Assembly: GCA_951406725.2 (NCBI GenBank)
Contig: OX597833.1
Span: 47,616,001 to 47,680,000 of the forward strand
Reading direction: 5' to 3'
DNA length: 64,000 nt
Source of the DNA: Octopus vulgaris
Lineage: Eukaryota
Below, piece after piece: positions 13,491 to 26,902 of this stretch (position 1 is the stretch's first letter; each line of letters begins with the position of its first letter). Below the pieces are notes generated by a model. That model was not told where the DNA came from and made no database searches. It saw only the letters and a program-made list of their open reading frames with translations. The position numbers were made by a program, and so were the translations under genes.

Positions 13491-14252
13491 GATTGGAGAT
13501 AAATTATTAAGTAGGCCTGTCCATCCTATTCCAATATGATTATATATAAGTGTGCTAAAAATGGTGAGATGATGATGATGGTGGTGGTGGTGGTCATTTT
13601 GGTAGTGGCAGCAGAGATAATAGTGTTTAGGGGAATTATGATGATGATGATGATGCTGATCTCATTAGTACTTGTTTCCAATAAATCTGCCAAGAAGTAT
13701 TTTGACAATATATATTACTGTGATAATTGTGTTCTTTTAAAAGATTGCAGAATACAGATTAACTGAAGACTGTAGAACATTTTCATTTCCTGGTAAGTCC
13801 ATTTGACATTTTGATTTCTTGTTGGGAAGATTTATCTCCTAATCACAAGACAGTAGGACCAAAAGAATTTAGTTGAAATAATATATTACTTATTCCAAAA
13901 TAATTTAGTTCTCCGAACAATAGCTATGAGTTATCAGTAACTATTGGATCTCTTTGTATTCACGCGGAAATACTACCCATTAGTCATCAGTTGATAGCGC
14001 TGAACTGAATACATAAATTATTTAACCTAAATGGAATTACTTGATAGATTTAGTTCTATATTCGATGAAAAGAAGGTAGCATGAAGCTTGATCTGGAAAC
14101 CCTACTGACCGAAAATGAAAGAAACAAAAAAAAAAAAAGAGAAAGATGAATAAATTCTTAGTTTTTGTTGTAGATTGTGTAGGGAGCTATCTTAGAAACG
14201 AATCTATAAAGAGACTTGCCAGATGTTTCAGTTCTTATAGAGATTATAGAGA

Positions 14253-14678
14253 GGCGCAGGAGTGGCTGTGTGGTAAGTAGCTTGCTTACCAGCCACATGG
14301 TTCTGGGTTCAGTCCCACTGCATGGCACCTTGGGCAAGTGTCTTCTTCTATAGCCTCGGGCTGACCAAAGCCTTGTGAGTGGATTTGGTAGACAGAAACT
14401 GAAAGAAGCCTGTCGTATATATGTAGATATATATATATATATGTATGTGTATGTATATGTTTGTATGTCTGTGTTTGTCCCCCCAACATCACTTGACAAC
14501 CGATGCTGGTGTGTTTACGTCCCCGTAACTTAGCAGTTCGGCAAAAGAGACCGATAGAATAAGTACTAGGCTTACAAAGAATAAGTCCTGGTGTCTATTT
14601 GCTTGACTAAAAACAGTGCTCCAGCATGGCCGCAGTCAAATGACTGAAACTAGTAAAAGAGAGTAAAAGAGAGAGAGA
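14253..14678 (+). mobile_element. SINE family A, full length
   Basis: GGCGCAGGAGTGGCTGTGTGGTAAG head through GTAAAAGAGA repeat tail. Confidence 0.92.
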
Positions 14679-14723
14679 TAGGCTAGCAACAGGGAAATGG
14701 TAAATATTTGCAAGTTTATTGGG

Positions 14724-14756
<33 letters not shown>

Positions 14757-15295
14757 GAGTAAGTGTTGTCTTCTAGTATAGCCCCATGGTAATCAAAGCC
14801 TTATGAGTAGATTTGGTAGACAGAAACTATGTGGATGGTCATCATACATACACACATACACGTGTGTGTGTGGTTGTGTGCATGTGTGTGTTTGTGTGTG
14901 GTTGTGTGTTCCCTTGTCTTAACATCACGTGATGGTTGTAAATAAGCATCATCATCATCATCATCATCAAACATACTGGAGGGTATATCAGCCGAAACGT
15001 TGTATTAACAACAAACAAGATGATGAGGACAAATATCCGTCGAATGTAAATAATGTAAATAATAAACAATCTGTTGTAGAAATATACGCTTCAGGGATTC
15101 TGTGATATATATAAAATAAACTAATTGCTGATAATATTAACTTCAACGCTGGTTATCTATTAGTTAAGTGAGATAGAAAAGAATCATTTTAATTCAGTGC
15201 AGAAAGTTAAATAAACAAAAAAGGTTATAATCACAAGGTCAATACAGATTGATCCCAACCATGAGTTCATAATCATACAGTTTCTTCTCTCTTGT

Positions 15296-15723
15296 ATTAC
15301 TCTATTTTACTAGTTTCAGTCATTTGACTGTGGTCATGCTGGAGCACCGCCTTTAGTCGAGCAAATCGACCCCAGGACTTATTCTTTGTAAGCCTAGTAC
15401 TTATTCTATCGGTCTCTTCTGCCGAACTACTATGTTACGGGGACGTAAACACACCAGCATCGGTTGTCAAGCGGTGTTGGGGGAACAAACACAGACACAC
15501 AAACATATACACACAAGCACATACATATATATATATGCATATATGCATATATATGCATATACGACGGGCTTCTTTCAGTTTCCGTCTACCAAATCCACTC
15601 ACAAGGCTTTGGTCAGCCCGAGGCTATAGTAGAAGACACTTGCCCAAGGTGCCATGCAGTGGGACTGAACCCAGAACCATGTGGTTTGTAAGCAAGCTAC
15701 TTACCACACAGCCACTCCTGCCC
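15296..15723 (-). mobile_element. SINE family A, full length
   Basis: Complete reverse-complement copy. Confidence 0.92.
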
Positions 15724-15738
15724 CTATTGTTGCCAGAG

Positions 15739-16050
15739 AAGGTGTGTGGCTTAGTGGCCAGGGTGTTCAGCTCATGATCATATAGCCATGAGTTCAATTC
15801 CCAGCAGCACACTGTGTCCTTGAGCAAAACATTTATTTCTTATTGCTGGCAAAAGTGAGTTGTACCCATAATTCAAAGGGCCAGCCTCATCACACACTGT
15901 TTCATGCTGAATCTCCCTGAGAACTGCATAAGGGTATGCATGTCTGTGGAGTATTCAGCCACATACACATTAATTTCACAAGCAGGTTCGGTTCTTCCAT
16001 TGATTAGATCAACTGGAACATTCGTCATTATAACTGATAGAGAGCCAGGC
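15739..16050 (+). mobile_element. tRNA-derived SINE with CORE-like GTGTCCTTGAGCAA segment (family D-like)
   Basis: A box TGGCTTAGTGG, B box GAGTTCAATTCCC. Confidence 0.65.
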
Positions 16051-16518
16051 CTTACTGTTGCTACAAAGGCTTCCTCTCCTTCTCCTCTTTACTAATTACC
16101 TGAGAACCCTTCCAGTTCAGGTTCGTTAATCTCTTCTTCTCCAATCATGCTTTCTACACATCACCTCCTGTGTTCCCCATGAAACATTTCACCAAAATCT
16201 TCCTTTCCAAACTTTCATCTTTCTGGAATTTTCTCCCTGTCGCAATGTTTTCCCTGAGTGTGTGTGTCTGTGTCTGTGTTTTTCTCCTTGTCTTAACATC
16301 ATGTGTAAATTGTAAACAAACTTCATCATCATACAAGCACTCTCGTTCGTTTGTAATGTTCTATGGAAAACGTGTCCAGATTAAGGGAGAAATATTAAGT
16401 AACCTGCTTTGAAACAGATAAGGGTTGGTTTAGAAAACTTGCCTAACAAATCTCAAGCACGGAAAAGTGAACAAGTAAGTAAATGTTAAAATGATGATGA
16501 CAACAGTGATCTAATGTA

Positions 16519-17084
16519 TTGGGTTGTCCGGAAAGTTTGTGCCAATTTATAGCATCTTCCCTTTCGACTTATTTTAGAAAATGGTTGAGTCCATAAAATA
16601 GGATTTGACTACACCTCCATTTAGAGTACAGTTTAAGCTATCTTTTCATGGAAGAAGATTTATGTTTCTATAACCTGTGTTAATTCTGTAACCCTTTAAA
16701 ATGGAAGATAAGAAACTTCATTTTTGGCACTTGATGCTTTGGGAACCAGACAAAAATTGCTGCATCTCGGCTGGGATGTGTTACCCCACCCTCCATATTC
16801 ACCAGATATTGCTGCTTCGGATTTCCACTTATTCAGGTCTCTGCAGAATAGTCTTAATGGTAAAAATTTCAATTCCTTGGATGATGTAAAAAGATACCTT
16901 AATGAATTCTGTGCCATGAAACCCCCTCAATTCTGGGAAGAGGGTATTTTCAAGTTAAAGGAAAGATGGAGACACATTGTGCAACAAAATGGTTCATATT
17001 TGGTTGATTAAAAATGTAATGGCAAGTATTTATTGACCTTTTTCTTTCCTTTAAAAATCGGCACGAACTTTCCGGATAACCCAA
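16519..17084 (+). mobile_element. Internally deleted mariner transposon
   Basis: TA-flanked TIRs TTGGGTTGTCCGGAAAGTTTGTGCC / GGCACGAACTTTCCGGATAACCCAA. N-terminal MEDKKLHFWHLMLWE is joined out of frame to C-terminal GWDVLPHPPYSPDIAASDFHLFRSLQNSL...GSYLVD. Confidence 0.95.
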
Positions 17085-18457
17085 TAAAATTTAAAAGATT
17101 CTTCACCTTGGAATGAAATCATGGCTCAAAGTCGGGTCTTAATTCTTTATCTCTAACTACTTGGAGACTATAGACCATTTTTTCCTTCTTTAAGGGACTA
17201 ATAAATGTAGAATGACATTCAGAGCTAACTGGAAAATGACTCCCTAAATATTTAGGAGTAAGATGTACAGGGAATAAAAGCATGCATATCTGATAATGCA
17301 GGGATACAAAAAGTACAGAGTATAACTGATTCAACTTTGATATTTCAGGAAAATTAGTTTTATGTGTCACAGAAATTAAAAACATTTATAAAAAAAAAAT
17401 TTTTTTAAAAAACAGAAAATATAACAATGCTCGTAAAACAATAATGTTATAAGTCAGCTGTGAGAGTTCAAAGTATATTTGTTAGTTGTTAATGACTTTA
17501 TTATAGACAGAAGAATGAAAAGTTAACTACCAAAGTTAGGCTCTTAGTATTAAAGAATTTTGGGGAACTGACATCTTCCAAGAAAAAATTTTCCTTTCAT
17601 TGCCATGAAACTTATTCCTCTGACATTTAACTTGACATGCTAGAACTTCGTAACATCTGACTTCTAAATACCTTTTATATTTACACACACACACATGCAT
17701 ACACATACACACACACACATACATACATACATACATACATACGTGTGTGTGTGTGTGTATAAGTCTGCCCTTTGTGTTGATGGGCAAGGGTAAGGAACAA
17801 TGGAAAGGGTAAGGAATGATGGAAATTCTCAAATTCTTGACCTAATAGTGCAAAGAGATAAAGGTGAGATGAAAAACTTTTGCAGTTATTTTTAAGTGAG
17901 GAAGGTCACCGATTAAAGAAGAATTTGACTTGCTCTGTAGACTAGCAACGCAGTTAGAATATAAAGGAAAATCTTGGAGTGGGGTTAAATACGAGAGTTG
18001 AGAAGGAAACAAATGGCATGATAAATTAGGCAAATAATTTGTCCAATTAACTGTTATTCTTTTAGGTTTTTATATATATGTATATTTTTTTATTTTTGCC
18101 TTTGTCGTCGTCTTTTTCTAAGTGAATTCAAGATTGATGAGAAAGAAGATAGAAAATTAATTGGTATTTAAGTTTTGTGTAATAGTCTGTGTTAGTTTTT
18201 CTTATTCTTTATTCCAAGATTGTAGAGTGACATATTGAAGTTGTACCTATTGTTTTGTGAAGATTTCTGGCCTTCATAAAGATTAGGGCAGATAGGGCGG
18301 TATCAAATATGGCCCACGAGCCAGATCTGGCACATAGCGATGTTTAGTTCAGTTCCTCCCTCAGTTTTATAAAAAGAAATTTATCATCATTTTTCTTGAT
18401 TTTTAAATATCAAGATATACATATACACACATATATACATATGTACATATATACATA

Positions 18458-18737
18458 TGCCAGTGCCGCTGGACTGGCTCCTGTGCAGGTGGCACATAAA
18501 AAGCACCATTTGAGCGTGGCCGTTGCCAGTACCACTTGACTGGCCCTCGTGCAGGTGGCACGTAAAAGCACCCACTACACTCTCAGAGTGGTTGGTGTTA
18601 GGGAGGGCATCCAGCTGAAGAAACTCTGCCAGATCAGGTTGGAGTCTGGTGCAGCCATCTGTTTCGCCAAACGACAGGCAAATCGTCCAACTCATGCTAG
18701 CATGGAAAGTGGACGTTAAACGATGATGATGATGATG
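18458..18737 (+). mobile_element. SINE-like family F
   Basis: GGCACRTAAAAAGCACC subrepeats, GGGCATCCAGCTG motif, (GAT)n tail. Confidence 0.75.
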
Positions 18738-18799
18738 GTGATATCATACCATGAAACTAGTGTTAGAACCTAACTTTATTTTTGAAGTCTGGGAGTTAT

Positions 18800-18930
18800 C
18801 TATTTCATCAGTTTCTCTTGCCGAATCACTAAGTTACAGAGATGTAAACAAACAAATATCAGTTGTCGAACAATGAGGAAACAAACACAGACACACAAAC
18901 ATACACACACGCACACACACACACATATAT

Positions 18931-18983
<53 letters not shown>

Positions 18984-19011
18984 TATATATATACATACAC
19001 ACACAAACACA

Positions 19012-19042
<31 letters not shown>

Positions 19043-19052
19043 ACATATATAT

Positions 19053-19085
<33 letters not shown>

Positions 19086-19428
19086 CAAATAAGAAAATAG
19101 AGGAACATATTCATTTCAATCATCGACTAACAGATATTACCAATTTATATTATTTATTTATTTATTTTTGCCATTTGGGTGCTTCACCAGCAGTATATTG
19201 GATAACTGATATCCCATAGTGGGTTACACTCATAACCCCTATCTCACTTTGTACTTATATATATACAATGGGCTTCTTTCAGTTTCTGTCTACCAAGTCC
19301 ACTCACAAGGCTTTGGTCGGCCCGAGGCTATAGCAGAAAACTCTTGCCCAAGGTGCCACACAGTGGGAATGAACCTGGAACCAGGTGGTTCGTAAGCAAG
19401 CTACTTACCACACAGCTGCTCCTACGCC
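18800..19428 (-). mobile_element. SINE family A with a secondary insert in its internal microsatellite
   Basis: Family A halves separated by (TA/CA)n and a foreign segment at ~19086-19252. Confidence 0.8.
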
Positions 19429-19570
19429 AATACATAAAATATTTTAACAATATAATGGGACTTTTGTGTGTTCAGTAGAGTAAAATAGGAATCAAAGGGT
19501 TCCATAGGTAAAGAATGGTTGAGAACCACTGGCACAAAGTAAGAAAACACATGGCGCATGAAAAGCCATA

Positions 19571-19787
19571 CGAGGGGGTGCTGAAAAGTTCCTGGCTTTA
19601 AGGGCATCATAAAAGGCCGAGTTGGAGACCCAACCTTCTGAGTTCTTTTACAGGGTTTAGAAAAACTGAAAGACTACTGCAATAAGTATGTGAATCTGAA
19701 AAGGGAATATGTTGAATAAAATCATAATTAACTGATCCTCTTGTATTTTCTTTTACCCAAAGCCAGGAATTTTTTCAGCACCCCTCA
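19571..19787 (+). mobile_element. mariner-derived MITE, 217 bp
   Basis: TA|CGAGGGGGTGCTGAAAAGTTCCTGGCTTT ... AAAGCCAGGAATTTTTTCAGCACCCCTCA|TA; interior translates GLEKLKDYCNKYVNLKREYVE*, like a mariner transposase C-terminus. Confidence 0.88.
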
Positions 19788-20748
19788 TATGTAATATTAC
19801 AAATACAGTACAAATAAAAGAAAAAAAATAATAAAAAAATATTAAAAAATCACTAATTCTGAATTAAAATATTGTTTTTGTATTTTTTTAATTAAACCAT
19901 TTTCCCATGCCTGAAATGTGTTGGTCATATCTTCCAATATGAGAGATGTATTGTTCAAATGTTCTTACACATATACATTGAATTAAAAGCTTTAACAAAA
20001 CCAAATCTTCCAAAAGACATATCTAGCTGGGTATTTATTTATTTTGCAATTCATCTTTACTAAAGAATTTACCTCCAAAATGGAAGTTTGGTAAAACTTT
20101 TAGAAAAAAAAAAAATAATAAATAATTGTTGTTATTTAAACCAAATAAAACAAAAAAGAACCAGAAGAAAAGAAGAAAACGGAAAACCTCAAGTCGCTCC
20201 AAAACTGTTTAAAGGAAAACTGATACGAAATAAAGAAGTTTGTGTTTCTTTCAACAGAAATTTTTCGACTATCATATGAAACCTATCTACGTCCTCATGT
20301 GATGGCAAACATTATATTAATAAATCATATATATTTTGTAAATGTTATCTTACTGTCACACACACCATGTGTTTTCATCTTCGGTATTACTACTACTATT
20401 ACTGCTGCTGCAGCTGCTGCTGCTGCTGTTGTTTTTCTCTTATTCATATCTCCATGTGTTTTCTTACTCTATTGATGCTCGATTTCCCCATGCTGTCGTT
20501 CTGCTAGTAAACTGCTGCTATAGCTGTTCTCTGCTCACATCAATAACAACAGACAAACAATAGCAATGATTCATTTTCGTATTTGGCTTGCAAGATTCTT
20601 GATGTGAACTCGTTCGCTGAAACAGGTTTTGTTGTATCTTTGGAGGCTCATTATGCCAATAATGAACACACACACACACACACTGGTTCTGTTTCACTTC
20701 TTTATTATTATTATTCATTAATTGGTTAACTATTAAACCAACTCGTGA

Positions 20749-21085
20749 AGGCACATGGCTCAGTGGTTAGAGCGTCGAGCTTACAATCGTGAGGTTGTGA
20801 GTTCAAATCCCGAACCGGGCTGCATGTTGTGTTCTTGAGCAAGACACTTTACTTCACATTGCTCCAGTTCACTCAGCTGTAGAAATGAGTTGCAACATCA
20901 CTGGTGCCAAGCTGTATCGGCCCCTTGGCCTTTCCCTTGGATAACTCTGGTGATGTGGAGAGAGGAGGCTGGTATGCATGGGCGACTGCTGGTCTTCCAT
21001 AAACAACTTTGCCTGGATTTGTACCTGGGAGGGTAACTTTCTAGGTGCAATCCCATGGTCAGTCATGACCGAAGGGGGTCTCTCT
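20749..21085 (+). mobile_element. tRNA-derived SINE, family D
   Basis: GGCACATGGCTCAGTGGTTAGAGCG (A box), GAGTTCAAATCCC (B box), then TGTGTTCTTGAGCAAGACACTTTAC CORE-like segment; ~330 bp. Confidence 0.85.
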
Positions 21086-21639
21086 CATTAAACTAACTAA
21101 CCAGTTGTTTGATTAAGCATTCGTGCCCTCTTTATGCCAGGCCAGCCAACCTGAAGCAGAGAGGACATGTCATTGAAGAGGTACTGAATAATGAAGAAAT
21201 GACAATATCAGTTGATTAACAGAATGATTAATCAAAAGATCAATTAGTTATTTGGTTAAATAAACAACCAATTAATAAATGACACTATGGAAATGAAACT
21301 GAACCAGTGTGTGTATATTATTGGTACAATGACCCTCCAGAAATACAACAAAATAGCAAATGTTCCTACCTACAAATAGTATCACTATCCTACAAAAAGT
21401 GCGGTTTGAACAAATGGGAAACATTGTTTTGGAATATCAGTGGAGATTTGTTTATACATGCTGAGCCAAGAGAAAGGGGTTTCCTACTCCTTCAAATTCA
21501 CACATTTGCTTATCCAAATGGATTCTAGTGATATGAATGTTATTGAAGGATTTAGCAGCTGAAACAGTGCAAACATTGGTTTTCTCAAGAACTGTATACA
21601 TTCATTTGCTCACTTAAGCCCCCATGCCCCTTACAGAAC

Positions 21640-21940
21640 ATAGACCATTGATGACTTTTCTCTACTGTTCTTCAAGGCCATTCCTTCAATGTGGGGTTGG
21701 GAGACACACACCTTGGGGGAAGGCCTTCCTTTAACTGCACTTTTTCTAGATAGGGGTGTTGGCCATATACAAACCCAATTATAACCCTGGGAAGAGGTGG
21801 CCCACATTAGTCTGGCCTTTATCATCTGACCTGTCTTGTATGAGAGGCTCTACCAGGAGCTTATTCCCTGCTAGCATAGCTCTTTGTGTTATTGAGGGAC
21901 ACAAGCCACAACACTGCAACAAGGACTAGACCTTGTAGTG
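21640..21940 (-). mobile_element. Retroelement-derived dispersed repeat (probably RTE-type 5' region)
   Basis: TGACCTGTC...CTACCAGGAGC...ATAGCTCT...CACAAGCCAC motif string, also present at ~9555-9690. Confidence 0.5.
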
Positions 21941-22844
21941 GATGCATTGATTTGGACAATTTTTATTTTGTTCATGCTCTAAGGACTCTTATCTAATAAG
22001 AACTGTCTGTGTATCATGTGAAGTTTTTCCAGAAAATCTTTACATGTAAACTTTGTGACCAGCTCATATTCTTTCCTTTATTTAATGTTAATAAAATTCC
22101 CAACTGTTATGCCAAGAGTATAGACATGTTGGATTTCCATTTTCACATATGCATAGGAAAGGTGGCATCACCCCCTACCCAAAGAATTTTGCCCACGTGA
22201 CATTAGTTTTGGTGGGAAAAAATAAAATCAGATACTTTTTAAACACATCTCATATGCGATACCCAAGAAAAGGAGAGGATTATTGTCATGGCTAAATCAA
22301 GGTTGCCCTGGGGCTGAATAATAACAAAAACAACAACAACAACAACTGCACAGTAACACATAACACTAAAAAAGGGAAAACAATATCTGAAGTCTGTTAT
22401 ATTTCATAACAACATGAGAATAGACCTATCATCAGTGATAGGTCTATTCTCTATATATTGACTTTATAAATGACGGGAAGAGTCAAATGTTCACACAAAA
22501 CATGACATAGATGTCATATATTGATCAGTATTGACAGCAGACACACAGGAGTCCATCATAATCATCATCATCACTGTATTAATGCTTGTATGAGTCAGAC
22601 AATATTTGTTGAGGTACACACACACACACACACATGTACTGTATATATTCGTGGATAGGTTGCACCCTTAGTTTAGGATTGTCAAAGTAGGTATTTGCAG
22701 TTGACTCACAGATAGGTCACACTATAATCTGGGGAGTCACATGCCTCTTTTTTTAATGTAAATATAACTAATATTTGTTAAATATTATCAAATATTCCAT
22801 GTCCATCTGCATAATCCACCACTTTCAACTTAAAACCTGCTTAC

Positions 22845-23058
22845 TCTCTCTCTTCTACTCTTTTACTTGTTTCAGTCATTTGACTGCGGCCATGCTGGAG
22901 TACCGCCTTTAGTCGAGCAAATCGACACCAGGACTTATTCTTTGGAAGCCTAGTACTTATTCTATCGGTCTATTTTGCCGAACCGCTAAGTTATGGGAAC
23001 GTAAACACACCAGCATCGGTTGTCAAGCGATGTTGGGGGGACAAACACGGACATACAA

Positions 23059-23112
<54 letters not shown>

Positions 23113-23275
23113 GGGCTTCTTTCAGTTTCTGTCTACCAAATCCACTCACAAGGCTTTGGTCAGCCCGAGGCTATAGTAGAAGACACTTACTTGCCCAAGG
23201 TGACACACAGTGGGACTGAACCCGGAACCATGTGGTTGGTAAGCAAGCTACTTACCACACAGCCACTCCTATGCT
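22845..23275 (-). mobile_element. SINE family A, full length
   Basis: Complete reverse-complement copy. Confidence 0.92.
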
Positions 23276-23413
23276 TCATAACTTTTTCTCTTATTCATGA
23301 TTAGGGTTTGCAATTATTAAAATTATTAAATTAAAAATTGGGGTGAATCGATGTTGGCAAAAAGACCAATATGCAGACTTCTGGTTTCCAGTTTCTATCA
23401 AACAGATGTCACA

Positions 23414-23797
23414 GTGTGGTAAGTAGCTTGCTTACCAACCACATGGTTCCGGGTTCAGTCCCACTGTGTGGCATCTTGGGCAAGTGTCTTCTGCTAAAGT
23501 CTCGGGCCAACCAATGCCTTGTGAGTGGATTTGGTAGATGGAAACTGAGAGAAGCCTGTCGTATATATGTATATATGTATGTGTGTGTATATGTTTGTGT
23601 GTCTGTGTTTGTCCCCCTAGCATTGTTTGACAACCGATATTGGGGTGTTTACGTCCCTGTCACTTAGCGGTTCAGCAAAAGAGACTGATAGAATAAGTAC
23701 AGGGCTTACAAAGAATAAGTCCTGGGGTTGATTTGCTCAACTAAAGGCGGTGCTCCAGCATGGCCGCAGTCAAATGACTGAAGCAAGCAAAAGAGTA
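23414..23797 (+). mobile_element. SINE family A, slightly 5'-truncated
   Basis: Starts at GTGTGGTAAG; head-to-head with the copy at 22845. Confidence 0.9.
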
Positions 23798-25596
23798 TAA
23801 CAACTTGAAAACTGAAAAGCCCAGGCCCAGGGTACACTTGAGCCTGGATTACTGATACACTGCTGTTTACTTTACATTCTTGTCATGCTGAGTGGATAAG
23901 TCGCACCCTGACTTTTCATTGAAATTTTTGGTAAAAAAAAAAAAAGGATGTGACCTATCCGCGAATATATATGGTACCAGGCTTCGAAAAACCGCAAGTA
24001 CTCTGGTGGATTTGTTCAACTAAATGTTTCAATGCAGTGCTTCAGCATGGCCACAGTCCAATGACTCAAACAAGTTAAAGAACATGATGGGCTTCTTTTA
24101 GTTTCCATCCACTAAATCCACACACAAGGCTTTGGGTCAGCTACAGGCAAAATTAGAAGTACCGAGGTACCATGCAGAGAAACTGAACCTGAGACCATGT
24201 GGTTGGAAAGCACATGGTTTCAGTGAAAGAAATTCTCAGCCTCTTCTTGGGTGCCTGAACAATGTAACTAAGCATTAGACGAAACACTTATTGGAAGAGA
24301 AACAGCTGTGATGTAGGGAAGATAATTTATAATAGATAAAGCGATGTTAGCTGATGGCCAGAGTTGAAGTGAGCTAATTAATAAGCTATCTAAAGGCAAA
24401 CTATTGATGACAACAGTTAAGTCCTACATATCTTATCTGATGTTACAAGATTCTGAATTCAGATCTCTGCAATAAATATTATATTATATTATTGGAGAGA
24501 TTAGTATTGCTACATTCAAGCTATGAGCTAATTCTTTTATTGATCATTAACTGTTAGTCAAGATATTGGTAATGGGAGTAGTCAGGACAGTAAGATAAGC
24601 GAAGCAAGCAAAACATGACACCTGTTTGATAAAAACAACAAGACAGGAAAGTTTCATAACATCCTTATAGAATTAGCCTGGCGGTCAAGAAGTTTGCTTC
24701 ATAGGCATGTTGTTTCCACTTCAGTAACCACTAATTTAGTATTTAGAATGATGTCTTGCAAACAACTTGCACATGCAAGTGCTACCAATCAAAAGCTCCG
24801 TATACCGGAAGCCAGCAAGTGTATGGGGTCATCAGGAGAGAATGCGCACCGTTTCGGGGCCTACCTCTCGACGGCATCAATGCGCACCCGCCCCCCTCAC
24901 TGATATGAGGCCCCGCTTGCTAGATCAGCTGGTTATGAAGTTAAACTCAATATCCTTCTAGCCATCGCTCATCGTCTCTTTTTAACCAAATCCAATGGCT
25001 AGCCTTCTCCACTGTAGATTGGATATCAGTCATGGTGGTATTGACTTTACGATGAGTTAGGCCTAGCGATAACAACAGTCGTCTCATTACTATGAAAATT
25101 TCCTGGTAGGTTTAAATCTAGATTGCTTTAAAATGGAGTTTGTCTCAGAATCAGTGACAGTCTCAAGCAGGTTGGAATTAAAAGGGTTGAGTCTAAAATA
25201 TAAGTTAATTCGGAAAGCTATATAAATTTTATATACGCTGGACTGGCTCCTGTGCTGGTGTCACGTAAAAAGCACCAAAAAACATCAATTCCAAATAATA
25301 TTTGATTATAAAGACTTAGTAGGATTTTTTCATATCTATTGGATGGCTATCATAGATCCAGTAGAATAAAATATAAATCAAAGGAGTCCATATGTAAAAA
25401 ATGGTTGAGCACCACTAATTTAGTATTTAGAATATGAATTAATATGAAAATTTCCTGGTAGGTTTAAATTTAGATTGCTTTAAAATGGAGTTTGTCTCAG
25501 AATCAGGGACAGTCTCAGGCAGGTTGGAATTAAAAGGGTTGAGTCTAAAATGTAAGTTAATTCAAAAAGCTATATAAATTTTATATACACTATGTG

Positions 25597-25972
25597 GTAC
25601 TGGCAACGACCTCGGTCGAATGCTTTTTTTTTCACGTGCCAGTAAGGCGAGATCGTTACCAGTGTCGCCTTACTGGCACATGAAAAAACATTCGAGCGAG
25701 GTCGTTGCCAGTGCCACTGGACTGGCTCCTGTGCAGGTGGCACATAAAAAACACCATCTGAGCGTGGCCGTTGCCAGTACCGCCTGACTGGCCCTCCTGC
25801 CGTAAAAGCACCCACTACGCTCTTGGAGTGGTTGGCATTAGGAAAGGCATCCAGCTGTAGAAACTCTGCCAGATCAAGAGTGGAGCCTGGTGCAGCCATC
25901 TGGTTCGCCAGTCCTCAGTCAAATCGTCCAACTCATGCTAGCATGGAAAGCGGACGTTAAATGATGATGATT
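25597..25972 (+). mobile_element. SINE-like family F
   Basis: Subrepeats, GGCATTAGGAAAGGCATCCAGCTGTAGAAAC motif, (GAT)n tail. Confidence 0.75.
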
Positions 25973-26067
25973 ATTAGGAATTGAATAAAAAAAAAAAAGT
26001 TGCTAAAATATTTTGTGTATTGGAGAAGTACAACCAATTTATTGCACAGAAATTTTAACAACAAAAT

Positions 26068-26152
26068 CATATATGGACCTCCAAAGTTCATATGGACTTC
26101 CAAAAATCATATGGACCTCCAAAGTTCATATGGACCCTGGTTGAAAACCACT
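26068..26152. repeat. Four ~19-21-bp tandem units (CATATGGACCTCCAAAGTT-like) before a hAT-type end
   Basis: Directly visible; ends GGTTGAAAACCACT, like GGTTGAGAACCACTG at ~19517-19531. Confidence 0.65.
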
Positions 26153-26864
26153 CTTCTAGGTTAATGAGGATGTGGTTATATTATAAGCTTTTTCATTGTT
26201 TTAAAATTAATTGACGGGCAATGTATTTTAACAGAAATACGATAACAATATTTCAGTAAGGGTATATATTAGTCCAAGATTATAATTTGAGATTTTTGAC
26301 TAGTTGTTTTCAGTGTTATATGATATGCTAGTTTGTCAGCTCAGCAGATAAAACCTATAATTTATTGTAAATTTTCTGTTGCGATAACTAACCTTAATTA
26401 ACTTAGATTATTTAATGAACAGACAAGTTTATAGAAGTTATAAGGTTTCTTTGTGGAGATTGGAGATACCACCATTTGGTTCTAACTCCCTTCCCAAATG
26501 CGAATAGCCATGTGGCCCTTCTACAATAGGAACCTGCTCTACCCCAACTAGTTGTTAACAAGTGTCACAATCATGCAAGCAATACCCTTCTTTATCATCA
26601 TCAACATCATCTTTTAATGACTGTTTTCCGTGCTGGCATCAGTTGGTCAGTTTAACAGGGGTTGGCCAGCTGAATCATTAGCATGCCAGGTGAAATGCTT
26701 AGTGGTATTCTGAGTTCAAATTCCGCCAGGATTGACTCTGCCTGCCATCCTTTCAGGGTCGATAAAATAAGTACCAGTCAAGTACTGTTTTCAATGTAAT
26801 TGACTAATCCCCTCAAGCACTGGGCTCAATGTAATCAACTAGTCTTGTGCCTATAGTTGAAAGG

Positions 26865-26902
<38 letters not shown>

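Larger units (their letters stand above)
22639..23974. mobile_element. Tc2/pogo-like non-autonomous DNA transposon hosting two SINEs
   Basis: TA|CTGTATATATTCGTGGATAGGTTGCACCC ... GGATGTGACCTATCCGCGAATATATATGG|TA, imperfect ~29-bp TIRs. Confidence 0.75.

Noticed and set aside
14976-15005. CAGCCGAAACGTT hammerhead-like 3' half
   Set aside because: The CUGANGA half is absent; at best a truncated relic.
20749-20822. tRNA-like sequence
   Set aside because: Continues into a SINE body and has no good acceptor stem; a SINE head, not a tRNA gene.
24313-24514. Possible solo LTR (TGTAG...CTACA with AATAAA)
   Set aside because: No matching TSD and only one copy; similar doubt applies to ~3050-3490.
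24826-24862. Minus-strand GAAAC ... CUGAUGA (type-II hammerhead order)
   Set aside because: The would-be stem II strands (GCCCC and CCCC) cannot pair, and stems I and III do not form.
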